A stretch of DNA of 61,552 nt, counting the filler, from Syncephalis fuscata S228 (Eukaryota; Fungi; Zoopagomycota), in assembly GCA_025786725.1 (NCBI GenBank). It is 3 parts of 3 records of this genome, joined end to end, with 100 filler letters (N's around TTAATTAATTAA, not from the genome) between each part and the next. Parts side by side here need not be neighbours in the genome. Positions count along the whole stretch, not along the records: positions 26,092 to 51,726 come from JAHLTZ010000117.1; positions 51,827 to 61,552 come from JAHLTZ010000305.1; 1 more part is not named here. One strand, 5' to 3'. The notes below the pieces were generated by a model that worked only from the letters and a program-made list of their open reading frames with translations, did not search any database and had not been told where the DNA came from. The position numbers were made by a program, and so were the translations under genes. Positions 39,201-52,628 of this stretch are shown piece after piece; within the stretch, counting starts at the first letter, position 1; every line of letters starts with the position of its first letter.

Positions 39201-41800
39201 ATTGAATTGCATTTTCGTTTTATTAAATATAGAGCTGAGTGGTGAGTGACATCGATGATTAAAATACTCATCATTGTACATTCATTATCTAGTATGCATA
39301 TATCATTATAGTATGTGTTATTACTATGTATACCCGTCATTTTGCTTGATCAACATTAAAATCACAACTAATTGACATGATCTAGCTTATTTATAAATAA
39401 TTTTAATAAAACATAACTCTGTTCATATTCATATTGTTTGTTTTACCAATATAACTCAGTAAACAAACTAAGTGCGATAAGTGTATTTTTATTAATAAAA
39501 GAGTTGGAATCATACCGACAACAGCTATAGATAGCTTATGGCCAATATATAATAAAATAATAAACATTATAATGAATATACAGTATTGAACAAAATTAGC
39601 CATGTTAAAGTTATTGAGCATATATGCATAATCAATGAGCGGAATTAGTCGAGTTTTCTTAATAATAAAGCTAGAACAAAAATAAAAATAATTTTGGATA
39701 GAGGAAGGCTAGGTGAGTATAGAATGATATATAAAATGATAAATATACAGTAATAAAGCATATAAAACGATGTTGGTGTTATAATGCATATAGTGCAATG
39801 AGTGGAGTGAATGAAGTGTATTGGGACATATAAACAATAAAATATGTCCAGTATAACATAGAATGATATAGAATAGTATAGAATAGAATGTGAATGCTAT
39901 ACGTGAATATAGTATATATGCATACTGGATAATAACTTTACAATAATAAGTATTTGATGACTAATGTCACTTACCACCCATCATCATGTTCAGTAGACTG
40001 GATGTTATTAAATGTTAGTCATTTGACCACCAAACAAACAATAAATGTGATGATGTAATGATTAAATAAAACTCACCACTTGTCCCATGTTCAATAGAAC
40101 GAATGTGTAGTTCAATTACGCGAATGTTATTAAATGTAGTTATTTACGCCAAATAAACATTAAATGACTAATAAACTGTTTAATACAAAAAATAGTTATC
40201 TTTATTTAATTAATAAATAATGTAATATATACAATCCATAAATTGAATGACATTGTATATAAAAGACTATGAATAAATTAAAATATAGATGAGGGAATTG
40301 TTCAAGTGGTGGAATAAAAGAAAGAGTAAAAATCAATAGCATAAAAGCAAATATAGTTATAGTATTACAAAACCAGGTTTATGATTTTGTAAACTTTGCT
40401 ACGCAATCTAAATAGAAGAGAGAACAATAAAGGTAGCTTAGTCAAATGTTAATTAATTAAATTAATAAAGATTATTAATTTAATAGCTTAACAACTCTTT
40501 TTACCAATAAATAGCATTATTCAGTAATTTAAACAAAAGTCTCAACTGTGTAAACCTAAAAATAAGCTAAAAGTGATTGGAAGTAGAAAATTTTGTTTAT
40601 TGAATGTTTGGCCAACAGTATTAAGTATTTATAATACTGTCGGCGATTAAATGGCGAGTAAATGCAATGGACCCTGATGGGAAAAAGCTTAATTAGAATA
40701 CAACGAAGCTTAAACTAAACTTCGTTGAATCATGTAACTTAGGCAATAGTAACAATAGAATATGTTAACAGTAAAATAAGAAGGATGAATATCAATGCAT
40801 AAACAAATGCCATTAGCATAGAACATGATACTATAATTGACAACTAAACTTTTAAGCATTGGATTCAGTATATAAACAACAGTGTTTATTGAATGTTAAA
40901 TAAAATACTTGTAAACATACCATTTTTAAACTATCCTTTGTATATAGAACCAATCATAATGACACAATCTACTGTATTACTCTAGTAGCCATATAGGCTA
41001 TGTTTCTTTAGTATTCTTAATAAAACTGATCACCTTATTACGAATACAAAAAAAGAAACACAACTTATATAGCTGCTAAAGTAATACAAAACGAATTAGC
41101 TAAATAATGATCTATTGTTACTGCAATACAATAAACCACAACATAGCTTTATAAAAAATTTAAAACACAACGGGGATTAATAACTTTTAAATAAGAATAT
41201 GCAACCATTTTTATAAATTTTACTTGCCATATTATATGGTGCAATAAGTGTGACTTTTTTGGGGCGGGTTTCAGGCTCTTAGGAGACTGTTTGGGTAGCA
41301 AATGTAAGTTTTATTTAAATATTTAATAGTATTACTAATACAATGTTCTGCTACATTTAATTCTATTTTATGGAAGTGATAATGTTATTATATTACATTG
41401 ATATCTATTATAAATGATGATTTAAACACAAATTAATCCAATCAACTCGTCAACTATTTAAATCGTTACAATTAATTGCGTAAAAATATTTGCTGTCCTG
41501 GGGGAACTCAAGGTAATAGTCAACCAAACCAAAATAGAACTGCCCTTTGCTTTCTATTCTCACAAATAATGCATATTTCCGCATATTATTTCTCGTGTCG
41601 ACTATCTTGTTCTACCACAAATTATATCGTAAAAGCTTTTATTTTTGTGGCTAATTACACTTGTTGCAGTCAAAGTTATATTTGAAAGTAAGTGGCATAT
41701 GAATGTAAATGGAAATGGGCATATGTATTTATTTACGCAATATTTTGTATATTGAATTAAATATCTAATTTACTACATATTGTTAGATAACAGAAATCCA

Positions 41801-43657
41801 ATGTCTACAAAAGCGCCAATAATCGAGGATTTGTCACTGGGAAGAGTTGTTCCATCTAATAACTTCCATAGTATATCGGTGTCCCTACCTACTTGGCAAG
41901 ATGCTATAGGTCTTCGGACGGGTGTGGCAGATGTTTGTAACAAAGTAAAGATAGGATATCCACGCTTTATGTTCCATGCTAGAGTATTGCAACTGGCTAA
42001 GGAGTGTATGAATCAACATGGTGTTGATAAAAGCACTTACGGCTGCTTGCCATTCTTGACCCGTGACATGCCAGAACGATGTCGCGATTTTACATACAAA
42101 GACCAAACGGCAAAGAATGGCATTGTAGCAGCAAATTCAATTCGTATTGAGGCATGCACATTTGGACAATATACTATACATGCTATCATCTATCCTATTG
42201 GATATGAGCAATCTGCTAAGTATTTTTGGTCATTGACAGGATGTGGCGTTTGTTCACGCTTTGCCGATTGTTGTTTAAAAGAAATAGGCATCAACGACGT
42301 AGATGTACCTCTTGATTGTAATCTAGATTTAGTGGCTGCATCGCTCCAGCCTAATATTAATGAGTATTTACCTGCTGATCAAGCAGATAAAGCTAAACAG
42401 CTCATTCGACAACGCATTGTGGATGTTCTGCATGCAACCTACAATGATGCCGATGATGCAAATGCCGAATTTACACGACAGCATCCAAGTGCCTTGACCT
42501 TGAATGAGGACAGCGTGTATTTGTATCCTGGAGGCATGAATGTGATTTTTCATACACAGCGTCTATTAGGATTTATGAATCCAGAAAGCGAAACCGTTTG
42601 TTTTGGGTATGTATGTACTGCCATTTATTTATTTGTTTATTAACGCCTCAATAGACTTCCCTACATTAATACGCTAAGAATTTTGGAGCTGGTTGGACAC
42701 GGCTGCGTATTCTTTGGCCATGGTTCAGATAAAGAAATTGACGATCTGGAAAAACGATTGGCTGATCCAACACAAAAACAAATTATTTCTATATTATGTG
42801 AAACTCCTAGCAATCCATTACTGCATAGTCCAAATATTAGAAGATTGCGTGCTGTGGCTGATAAATATGACATACCATTATTGCTTGATACCACCGTAGG
42901 CGGCTTTTCAAACAGCCAATTGTTTCCATTTGCAGATGCAATGCTTGTTAGTTTAACAAAGCTTTTCAGTGGCGATTGTGATGTCATGGGTGGCTGGTAA
43001 GTAGCTGCACTGTTGTGATTGCATTTAATAATTTGTTTTATAGCTTGATTGTAAATACTACTCGATCACACGGTGCTCGTTTACAACATGCATTAAATGT
43101 AGATGATGGCACTGGCCGTCCAGGCTACGAAGATACAATGTGGTGGGAAGATGCAATAGTGCTTGAACGAAACTGTCGTACATTTATGGAGCGAGATGCA
43201 CGCATCAACCATACAGCAGAAATTATTTGTGACTATCTTCGTAGTCATCCTCAAGGTAAATATATTTGACAGTAATCAATACTATATTAACAACTCAATA
43301 GTTGAAAAGCTTTATTATCCAAAGTATATAGACAAGGAAATGTATGATTCATACAAAAGTCCAAATGGCGGCTATGGCGGTTTATTTTCGGTACTTTTAC
43401 ATACACCTGAAGCAGCTCGCGCGTTCTTTGATGCATTGATATTTCCCAAAGGTCCAACATTTGGTACTAATTTTACTTTAGCTTGTCCATATGGTATATT
43501 AGCACACTATGATATTCCAGAATGGGCAGATGAAGTTAACGCACCAGTTCATTTGATTCGTTTAACTATTGGTCTTGAAGAACCGGATTATATTCGTGCT
43601 GCATTTGATACTGCATTTGCAGCAATTCCAGATGACTGTAAGGCACTTGAAAATTAA
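41801..43657 (+). CDS. Cystathionine gamma-synthase-like PLP enzyme (Cys/Met metabolism family), copy A
   Basis: HSISVSLPTW, GYPRF, GCGVCSRFA, VYLYPGGMN, CETPSNPLL, SLTKLFSGDCDVMGG, GYGGLFS, KGPTFGTNFTLACPY. Confidence 0.9.
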
Positions 43658-43851
43658 AGTATTTTGTTTTCTTCATGCCAGTGAATAAGTAAATGTTATG
43701 CAATACATACTTATACTGAATTATATGATAAGTTGTTATAAATTGCTATAATAAAACATGCATTAGCACATAATTACATGTTTTTTAATTCAAACACAAA
43801 TAGCTGTATATTCATAATAGTTTATTAATATGTGGATAAATAGTAATGGCA

Positions 43852-45739
43852 TTATTCAGACTTAGATGTGGCAGCCTCCGCTTTAGAGACGGCGTCGAAT
43901 GCTGTATCAAACCATTTACGTATAAGCTCGGGCTCTTCAAGACCAACGCTCATACGAATCAAGTGTGGTGGTACGTCAAATTCAGCCGCCCATTCTTGCT
44001 CTCTGTAATGCGCCAACAGTGTATATGGACAAACCAAGCTGAAGTTCGTGCCAAGAGACGGACCTTTGGCACAAGGTAAGGTATTATAAAATACATGGGC
44101 CGCTTCAGGTGTATGTAAAAGTACCGAAAATAAACCGCCATAGCCGCCATTTGGTTTCCTGTGCAGATCATATACATCTTTAGTACTGTATTTTGGATAA
44201 TAAATATCTGCAACTATTGGATTGTTAATATAGTATTGATTACTGTCAAATATATTTACCTTGAGGATGACTACGAAGATAGTCACAAATAATTTCTGCT
44301 GTATGGTTGATGCGTGCATCTCGCTCCATAAATGTACGACAGTTTCGTTCAAGCACTATTGCATCTTCCCACCACATTGTATCTTCGTAGCCTGGACGGC
44401 CAGTGCCATCATCTACATTTAATGCATGTTGTAAACGAGCACCGTGTGATCGAGTAGTATTTACAATCAAGCTATAAAACAAATTATTAAATGCAATCAC
44501 AACAGTGCAGCTACTTACCAGCCACCCATGACATCACAATCGCCACTAAAGAATTTTGTTAAACTAACAAACATTACATCTACAAATGGCAACAATTGAC
44601 TGTTTGAAAAGCCGCCTACGGTGGAGTCTACTAACAATGGAAAATCATATTTATCGGCCAATGCGCTTAATCTTCTAATGTTTGGACTATGCAGCAATGG
44701 ATTACTTGGAAATTCACAAAATACAGCAAGCAATCGTTCTTGCATCGGGTCTTGCAAACGTTGCTCTAGTTGGTCAATATCTTCCTTAGACACACTGCCA
44801 TGGAACAAGCATCCGGGACCAAATCTTTCCAAAATTTTAAGTGTATCTGTGTAAGGAAATCTATAAGTCATTTGTTAGTAAACAGTTATTATTATTATTA
44901 TTATTAAATTACCCAAAACAAACACTTTTACGTTCCGGATGCATAATGTTTAATAGATAATGGGCGGTGAATATTGCATTCATGCCACCAGGATACAAAT
45001 ACACGCTATCTTCATTTAAGGTCAAAGCACTAGGATGTTGTCGTGTAAATTCGGCATTTGTATCATCCGCATCGTTGTAGGTTGCATGCAGAACATCCAC
45101 AATGCGTTGTCGAATGAGCTGTTTAGCTTTGTCTAGTTGATCAGCGGGTAAATAGTCATCTACTAAAGGCTCAAGTGATGCTTCTACAGGATCTATATTA
45201 CAATCAAGAGGTACATCTGCGTCGGTAATGCCTACTTCTTTTAAACAACAATCGGCAAAGCGAGAACAAATGCCATTGCCTGTATTTTGCCAAAAAGCTT
45301 GGGCAAGTTTTCTATTCTCAATAGGGTAAATAGTGATATATACGTTATATTTTCCAAATTGGCACATCTCAGTGTAAATATGATCAGATATAACCAATTG
45401 TGAATTGGATTCTGTATCTGTATACGTAAGCGTTCGCTGTTTAATAATAAAGTTTCGACACAGTTTAGTTGCTTCTTCCGTTAGCATAGGTAAAGCACCA
45501 TAGATATTAGTATCTATTCCAAGTTTTTTGAGACATTCTTTAGCCAGTTGTATTACTCTGTAATGAACGACAAAGCGTGGATAGCCAATGTTTAATGTAT
45601 TGACAATTCGTGGTATTCCTTCTTGATAATCAATATTATCTTGCCAGGTAGGTAGCGATACCGATACACTATGTATATTATTGGGTGGAATGGTTCTTGT
45701 TGCGCTCAAATGGCCAAATATCGGCGCCTTGGTAGTCAT
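43852..45739 (-). CDS. Cystathionine gamma-synthase-like PLP enzyme (STR2-like), copy B
   Basis: HSVSVSLPTWQDNIDY, GYPRF, FGFPYTDTLKIL, CEFPSNPLL, SLTKFFSG, KGPSLGTNFSLVCPYTLLAHY, LIRMSVGLE. Closer to the fungal STR2-type consensus than copy A. Confidence 0.92.
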
Positions 45740-46097
45740 ATTTGCTTTTAATCACTATAACCAATATAGAGAAATTGGTGGATAAATAAAATATTTGATT
45801 CATATTATTGTGAAAAAAGTGCCATTTATTAAGTGCGTTTTTATCAAGTATTTCCAACATTCCACGTGGATACACAGTCGTGTAACGAATCAGTATTGCA
45901 GATCAAGTTCAATATACGTAATGCTATATTTACTATAGTATAATGGGGTGACGACGACAACGACGACGACGTAATAGCTCAAAATGTCGATCATGTTGTC
46001 ATAGTGTTAAACTATTTTGTTATATATACAGCATTGATATAGAATGTGTACAATCTATACTACTATTTAACTATTTTAATTTATTATAATTAATCAT

Positions 46098-47508
46098 TTA
46101 GGCAAGAAGAGTTGCTAATCTTTGTTTCAAAGCATGACATATTGTATTGGACATCAAAGCATCCATAGAATATATAGCAAGTGCTGCTTGATCTTGTGTA
46201 TTGACATCTATACTATACGATTAAAGATAGCTTTTACAGCATATTGCTTACCATCACGACTCAAGGTTAAAGAAACTGCTGCTTTACTATTAGGAAAATA
46301 ACATTCAGCGTAATGAGCACTTTGGATGATCGTCGATAGCTGCCTTCTACATCGTAATTAACATCATTGTGTAATCTCTAAATAACATTAGCCTACTCTG
46401 GTAAATATTCTCCTAATAATAATGCCAATAGCATGCGATACACTTGATCGATAGAGTACGCCCTTCCATCTACCATGATCTTGTATCGACTGAGCTGTTC
46501 TGCCAGTCTTTGTAATGAAATAGGTATTACGTAGTGTCTATCAAGGGATGACAGTACATGCTGACTTGGTTTATTTGTCAAACGTTTGAATTGACCCTTC
46601 AAATCTAACGTTTGATCTGCCATTTCTATTAAATCATCGTTATCACTCTCAATCTTATAATAAATATTGGCAGATGCAAATCGTAATAAATCCATATTCA
46701 CAATAGCCACCGGTAGAGATACTGTATTATAATTAATACAAATATTAATACTATTTAACAGCAATAACTATAGACTACTCACCACTCTGGCCGTGTTCCA
46801 TCCAACGGGTCAGTTGCAATTGAACTTCAAGTGGTGCTGGTGTCCAAATGAAATCCACTGGAATTATTCTATCCCTGTTACAGTTACAATCCATTCTTAT
46901 TCAATCCGTGATCTAAACACTTACCAAGTATCATTTGGTTCTAGTGCAGGTAATGAAAAAGTGTGTCGAGTGTGTTTATCCACATGAATACGGCTCTTTA
47001 AATGAACATCCACTGTATAACAGTTCAATAACAAGTTATGGACTATTTACACTTTACAGTTGTATTCATATTACATATTAATAAGGATACATGACCAACC
47101 ACCAGGAAGGGAATAGATGGCAGTTAAACGAAGATGCAAACCTGATTTGTTAGTAGTAGCCTTTTGCTTCTTATTACTCTCTTCTTCTCTTATATTATGT
47201 GGTAACACTTCATAGCGTAGCAATCGGCGTTCTTTTGACGATGTTAATAGATGGCAGTCCTTTTTACCATCTAGTTGATACGACTTTTCTCGTAATAGCC
47301 AGGCAATAATACCGCCTAGTTCTAACAGCGCAGTGTCTAATGACTATTATAATTAAAGTTATCTTTTCTATCTACTGCCAATAGTGCCATTTGTAATATT
47401 GCTTAGTACCTGACACTGGTCTAATAGTCGATTATAGCTCTCCTCTGCTTCTTGTAATTCTTTTAAAGACTTTTCTACTTTAAATTGAGTATGGTTAAGT
47501 GATGCCAT
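46098..47508 (-). CDS. Hypothetical multi-exon protein with N-terminal coiled coil
   Basis: ORF fragments 47368-47508 and 46393-46720 plus short exons bounded by GT-AG sites, ending ...CHALKQRLATLLA*; no recognised family. Confidence 0.6.
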
Positions 47509-47598
47509 GGGAGAAAAAGTTTGTTTTGATTTCTTTTCTGCTCGCACCACTCTTATTACTGTTACTGTTACTACTACTTGTCAAATAAGCAGGTCAAC

Positions 47599-48084
47599 AT
47601 GGCTTCTGATTCAGAAAGTGGTAGCGAATTCTCGTTAATGGACGAAGATGACTATGTGAATCAACAGCAAAGCGAAGTTCTTAAGGAGGATTCAGACAGC
47701 GAATCTGCTGGGACTTTCGTGACGTCACGAATTGATATGATACAGGATAGCCATCCGTCTGAGATGGCCGTCACTACAACTACCGAAGATATGGTTACGG
47801 ATGATGTGTCAAATAGTGGTATTGATGTGCAGTTGAACGATGAAATACAACAACTTGAGAAACAGGCAAGTATATAAATATGTATTAATAAATAAACTAA
47901 TTGTAAATGTCGTATTAGATTAGCGAAGATAGTTATCAGTATAATGCTCATGTTCGTCTTATCGAACTATTAAGATCGGCCAATTGTTCTTCAGCCTTGG
48001 AAGTGGCACGGAAACGTATGCATTCCATTTATCCACTTACAGAAGGTAAATAGAATTGTAAACTGTATTATAGTAAATATATTG

Positions 48085-48116
<32 letters not shown>

Positions 48117-51100
48117 GTGATGTGGCGTCAATGGATAGATGATACAATTGTGGTAGAGCAAAAAAGACACGTAACTGTAAAAGCGCCTTGGTTAAATGAT
48201 AATGTGGATCTACTTTATAAAAAAGCCATTGAGGATTATATGTGTAGGTTAATTGACCCATCATCATATTAATGTTATTGACACTATTGTTACTATGATA
48301 GTTATTGGATTGTGGCATGATCGAATTGCTAGAATTCAGATAGAAATTGATAAAAGATTGGAACAGGTTGATGCATCATTTGATGTAAATAATAGTTTTA
48401 TATCAGAGATACAGTCTCAATTGCTTGATTTGGCTGTAGATCAAGTGATGTATCATGTAACAGAGGTAAGTTTATATATTTAATCCAATTATTTAACGTA
48501 AATTAATTACAACAAAATAGAGTGCCCAAGTATGGAATTTAGTAATGGATATTGAAGTGTCTATTTTAGAGGTAAATATATTAAATGATGCGTAATGGAA
48601 TAGCTAATAGTTACATGGTATAGAAAGTAAAAAGGTAATAGTATAGTTCAATTAAAGACAATTCAATCAACATGGCCGTATATTTATTATTATATATTAG
48701 TACAAAGCAGTTTGAGCGAATTAGATCCATGTTTCTTCGTCGTTTGTCTACTGGACATGCAGGTATGAAGTAGTTAAATAGTTATTGAGATATAGTCTAT
48801 TAAATTTATTGGTTGTCATATAGGATTGGAGGATACATTTTCACGCTTATCACCATTAGTAACTGAGTATTGCGCTGAACAATACGAGTCTATTATGGTA
48901 GATGCCAATCAAAAGAAACAACAAGGAGATAAAGCATACATGATTAGAGAACCATTTGAGACACAATTAGTAAGTAATAGGTAGCGGTTTAATTGATTAT
49001 AATGTTAATAACATCACTGATGGTTAAAGGTACAATCAGGCTATAATCAACACTCATTTGATGCTTATATAGCATTTGAGAAACAACAACGTCCACCGAG
49101 TTTGCACAATATTCTAATGTTATATGAACGGGCCCTAATTATTTATTGTTTAAATCCTTTACTTTGGGAACAATATCTACTTTATACTGTAGGTATTAAA
49201 GTGTTGATAGCAATGATGTTAATAATAGTGTTATTTTTATTAGATGGCTCGTGCTGAATCGAACATAGATGCTCAGTTAGCATTATGTCAACGAACAGTT
49301 AGAAATTGTCCGTGGTCTGGTAATCTATGGGGTCATTATTTTCGTGTATTAGTAAGCTATTTAATTTAGTATACTAATAGGGATTAAATTTATATCAATT
49401 TGATATTAGGAACAATCAAATGCCGCCTATAGTCAAATTCATGGTAAGTTGGAGTAAGCACTATACAAACGGTAGTTAATAGTTAGATCTATATGAGAAA
49501 ACACGACTTTCAAGTGTTATGCAATCGAATAAAATGGAACTGGTAAAATTAAGTTTAGCTTATTGCAGCTGGGAGCGACGTCGATATGTGGCACAACCAG
49601 GTAGGCAATGATGATCGGTGTAAAGAATGATAGGATTTAGACATATTATAGAATTGGGATCAGATCATTTAAGCAATGTATTAAGCACGGTTATAAATCA
49701 ATTGGATACATGTGAGTACAGCATCGGCCTATGGTCCAAAAAGTATGATTAATTTATGTACAATAGTATTTCCAGAAGGCGATGCTACTAACCTGCTATT
49801 GGAGTTTGCCGCCCAAGTCTACGTAAGATAGTGATGAAGTTTGTCTAAGCTTAGTGTAATCATACCATGATATATAGGCATCTACATTGAATAATGTCGA
49901 TATGGGCCGACAATGTTGGCTATCTATTATAAAGAAGCGATCAGTTGAAGCAGATGCATGGTTGGGCTATGTACAATTTGAACGGTAGGTAGAACGTGTT
50001 TAATTGGTTATGTTAATTGATTATATTTAATTAGCCAATATGGCGATGCAACACAGGTACAATCAGTGTTCAAGCAGGCATGTTTCCGTGTAGGTGATTG
50101 GCCTGAACGTATATTTTCATCTTGGATTGCCTTTGAACAGCAACACGGCACAGCCGATAGTCTAACCGTGGCCTATGCGCGTACCTGTCATCAGGCAGCG
50201 GTATTGGCTTCACGTCTCGATCAAGTAGGTTGTTTACTAGATTGAAAACATTAAACTAATTTAATTAGGCTCAACAAATGGCTTGGATTGAACAAGAGAA
50301 GCAGCGTCAAAAACAAGAGAAAATACAAGAGGCCAAAGCGGTAAATGAAAGGTTAATTAAATGATACATAATTAATAGTTGATTAGTTAAAGAAAATGCA
50401 AGCGGATAAGCTAAAAGAAGAACATAAGCGTAAGCTAGACAATCAGGATGAAGCATCTAATGAAATGGCAGAAGACAAAGTTGAAGTGTCTACAAAGAAA
50501 CAAAAACGTATGAAAAGTTTTATTTGTACAATATTAAATTAATATAAAATATGATGGTTAGAAAATACCAATATAGCATCTACGGATAACACAGCTATAA
50601 AAATCACTGATCAACCACGGTAAGTTGCTAATATTGAATAGTTATAGTTATTTATACAACAATAAGCAATGAAAAAGCATGTACGGTATTGGTCAGCCCA
50701 TTATTACCCGATATGGATGAATACAGTGATTGAATTATTTAAACAAGTAAGTTACTATAAACTGAATCGACATAGATTATTAATATTAATAAATATCAGT
50801 ATGGAGAAGTTAAAAGTGTATTGCTAGTCAGAGATCAAACAGGCGAATCCAAATCGTATGGTTATATTGTTTTCAATGAATTGGTAGGAATAAAAACTGC
50901 CATTAGCATAATATTAATATATATATTATGTATAGGGAAGTGCCATGAAAGCATTAGAGCAAGGCCAATTAGCAATTGGTGAAAAGTCATTGGATGTCTT
51001 ACGAATCCATCCGGCTACTCAACAAAAAGCCGATCCTACCACACTTTATGTGTGTAATTTCAGTAAACAAATGACTAAAGAACAGCTGAATTCATATTTT

Positions 51101-51726
51101 TCACCGGTAAGAACACGAATGTTTAAATTATATAGCAATAATAATAATATGTTAATGCTATGGATTAGTATGGTAAAATTGTATCTATTCGATTACCCGC
51201 CTCACGTAATGAGAAAGCACGTCAATTTGCCTATATTGAGTATGAACAGCCGGTAAGTTAATGGTAACACATCAATCATAACGGTATAATAACTATGATC
51301 ATTATTTGATTAGTCGGAAGCACAAGGCGCACTTGCTATGAATGGACAGTGGAATGAACAAGAAAATCGAACTTGGTCCGTGGCTATTTCCGATCCATCA
51401 CGTAGATCGGCTAGAAAAGGAAAAGAGAATACAGATTCGTTAGGATCTACTGCCTCTACAAGTGCTTCTTGTCAGCTATTTGTTTCCAACTTTCCACGTA
51501 GTACGGAAAAGGAGGAATTGGTTCAATTATTCAGTCAAGTAAGTAATTCATTAATTAATTCATTACCACCTTTACTAATCGATCAATTCAGTATGGTGGT
51601 CTTCGTGATGTACGTATATTACTAGATACAAAAGGCAAATCTAAAGGATGTGGCTTTATTGAATACTATACACATGTAAGTAGCTACTAAAAGAGTAAAT
51701 AAATAATAATGTAATGCTATTAATTG
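47599..51726 (+). CDS. SART3: SART3/Prp24-like U4/U6 recycling factor (HAT repeats + RRMs), 3'-truncated by gap
   Basis: Acidic N-terminus, YNAHVRLI..L, ARKRMHSIYPL, LYERAL, RTVRNCPWSGNLW, DWPERIFSSWIAFEQQHG, followed by several RRMs (LFVSNFP, KSKGCGFIEY). Confidence 0.88.
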
Positions 51727-51826
51727 NNNNNNNNNNNNNNNNNNNNNNNNNNNNNNNNNNNNNNNNNNNNTTAATTAATTAANNNNNNNNNNNNNNNNNN
51801 NNNNNNNNNNNNNNNNNNNNNNNNNN
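51727..51826. other. Assembly gap / artificial contig linker
   Basis: N run with TTAATTAATTAA at 51771-51782. Confidence 0.97.
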
Positions 51827-52628
51827 GTATTGGATTCACTACTGGTACCGGTGATGCGCTTTGGGTGGTTGAAAAATACGTTAAATATAGACCCGGTGTT
51901 ACACTTGCTCGTTACTTGCCGGAATTACGCCGACTTGCGCGTTGCCAAGCTGTGATACTACTGGTAAAGAGAATATACATAATTTAAACGGATTTGCAGC
52001 AGCATGGTCGGCGGCCAATCAGCGCGATACTGCTCTATTTCGTCAAATTCAAGACAATATTGCTGAGCAGCATTATTTAATACCAGCACTAAAGTTTGCT
52101 CATAAATACGGAGCAACTACTGCGTTAAGTCAAGCAGTATTTTACGATACGGTTGTTCAGCATGGTTATGCCTCTACCGAGGATAATATAGATTTACAAC
52201 GCATATTAACACTAACCGGTCCGCGACGCACTGGAGAAACTGAGATAGGTTGGCTTGATCGCTTTTTGGTTACACGGGGCCAAATGCTTTGCTGCTTCCC
52301 CGATAGTGTATGGCCAGCGTCAGCCGACCGCGTTCACGATTTACGTGATCTACTTAGCCATGGAAAAGTAAACCTTACTGGTGAAATTACTTTAAGGTCA
52401 AGCGGCATTCAAATCCTCGCTGGTAGCGATGAATTTGCTGCTGATGCACGATCAAGTGCCATTAAGATTAAAAAGCCATCTCGCCATACTGCTTCAAAAA
52501 AAGCATCAGCATTGGCTATACAACATAGGCCCAAATCGGCCATTAAATTAAAGCCATTAGTGCGTCAACCAAAGCAGACACGTACCAAGTTGGCTCGTCC
52601 TACACGAGCTATTTCTCTACTTCATTAA
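51827..52628 (+). CDS. GH46 chitosanase, 5'-partial, no intron in visible part, basic C-terminal tail; one apparent frameshift near 51940
   Basis: IGFTTGTGDALWVVEKY...LARYLPELRRL / FAAAWSAA..D..FRQIQD....HYLIPA...ALSQAVFYDTVVQHG...E..WLDRFL..R matches the GH46 (Streptomyces/Bacillus Csn type) motif order. Confidence 0.85.

Noticed and set aside
40672-40710. Hammerhead ribozyme core or telomerase RNA template
   Set aside because: CTGATGG does not match the CUGAnGA core, the flanking stems are not evident, and there is no CCCTAA-type template.
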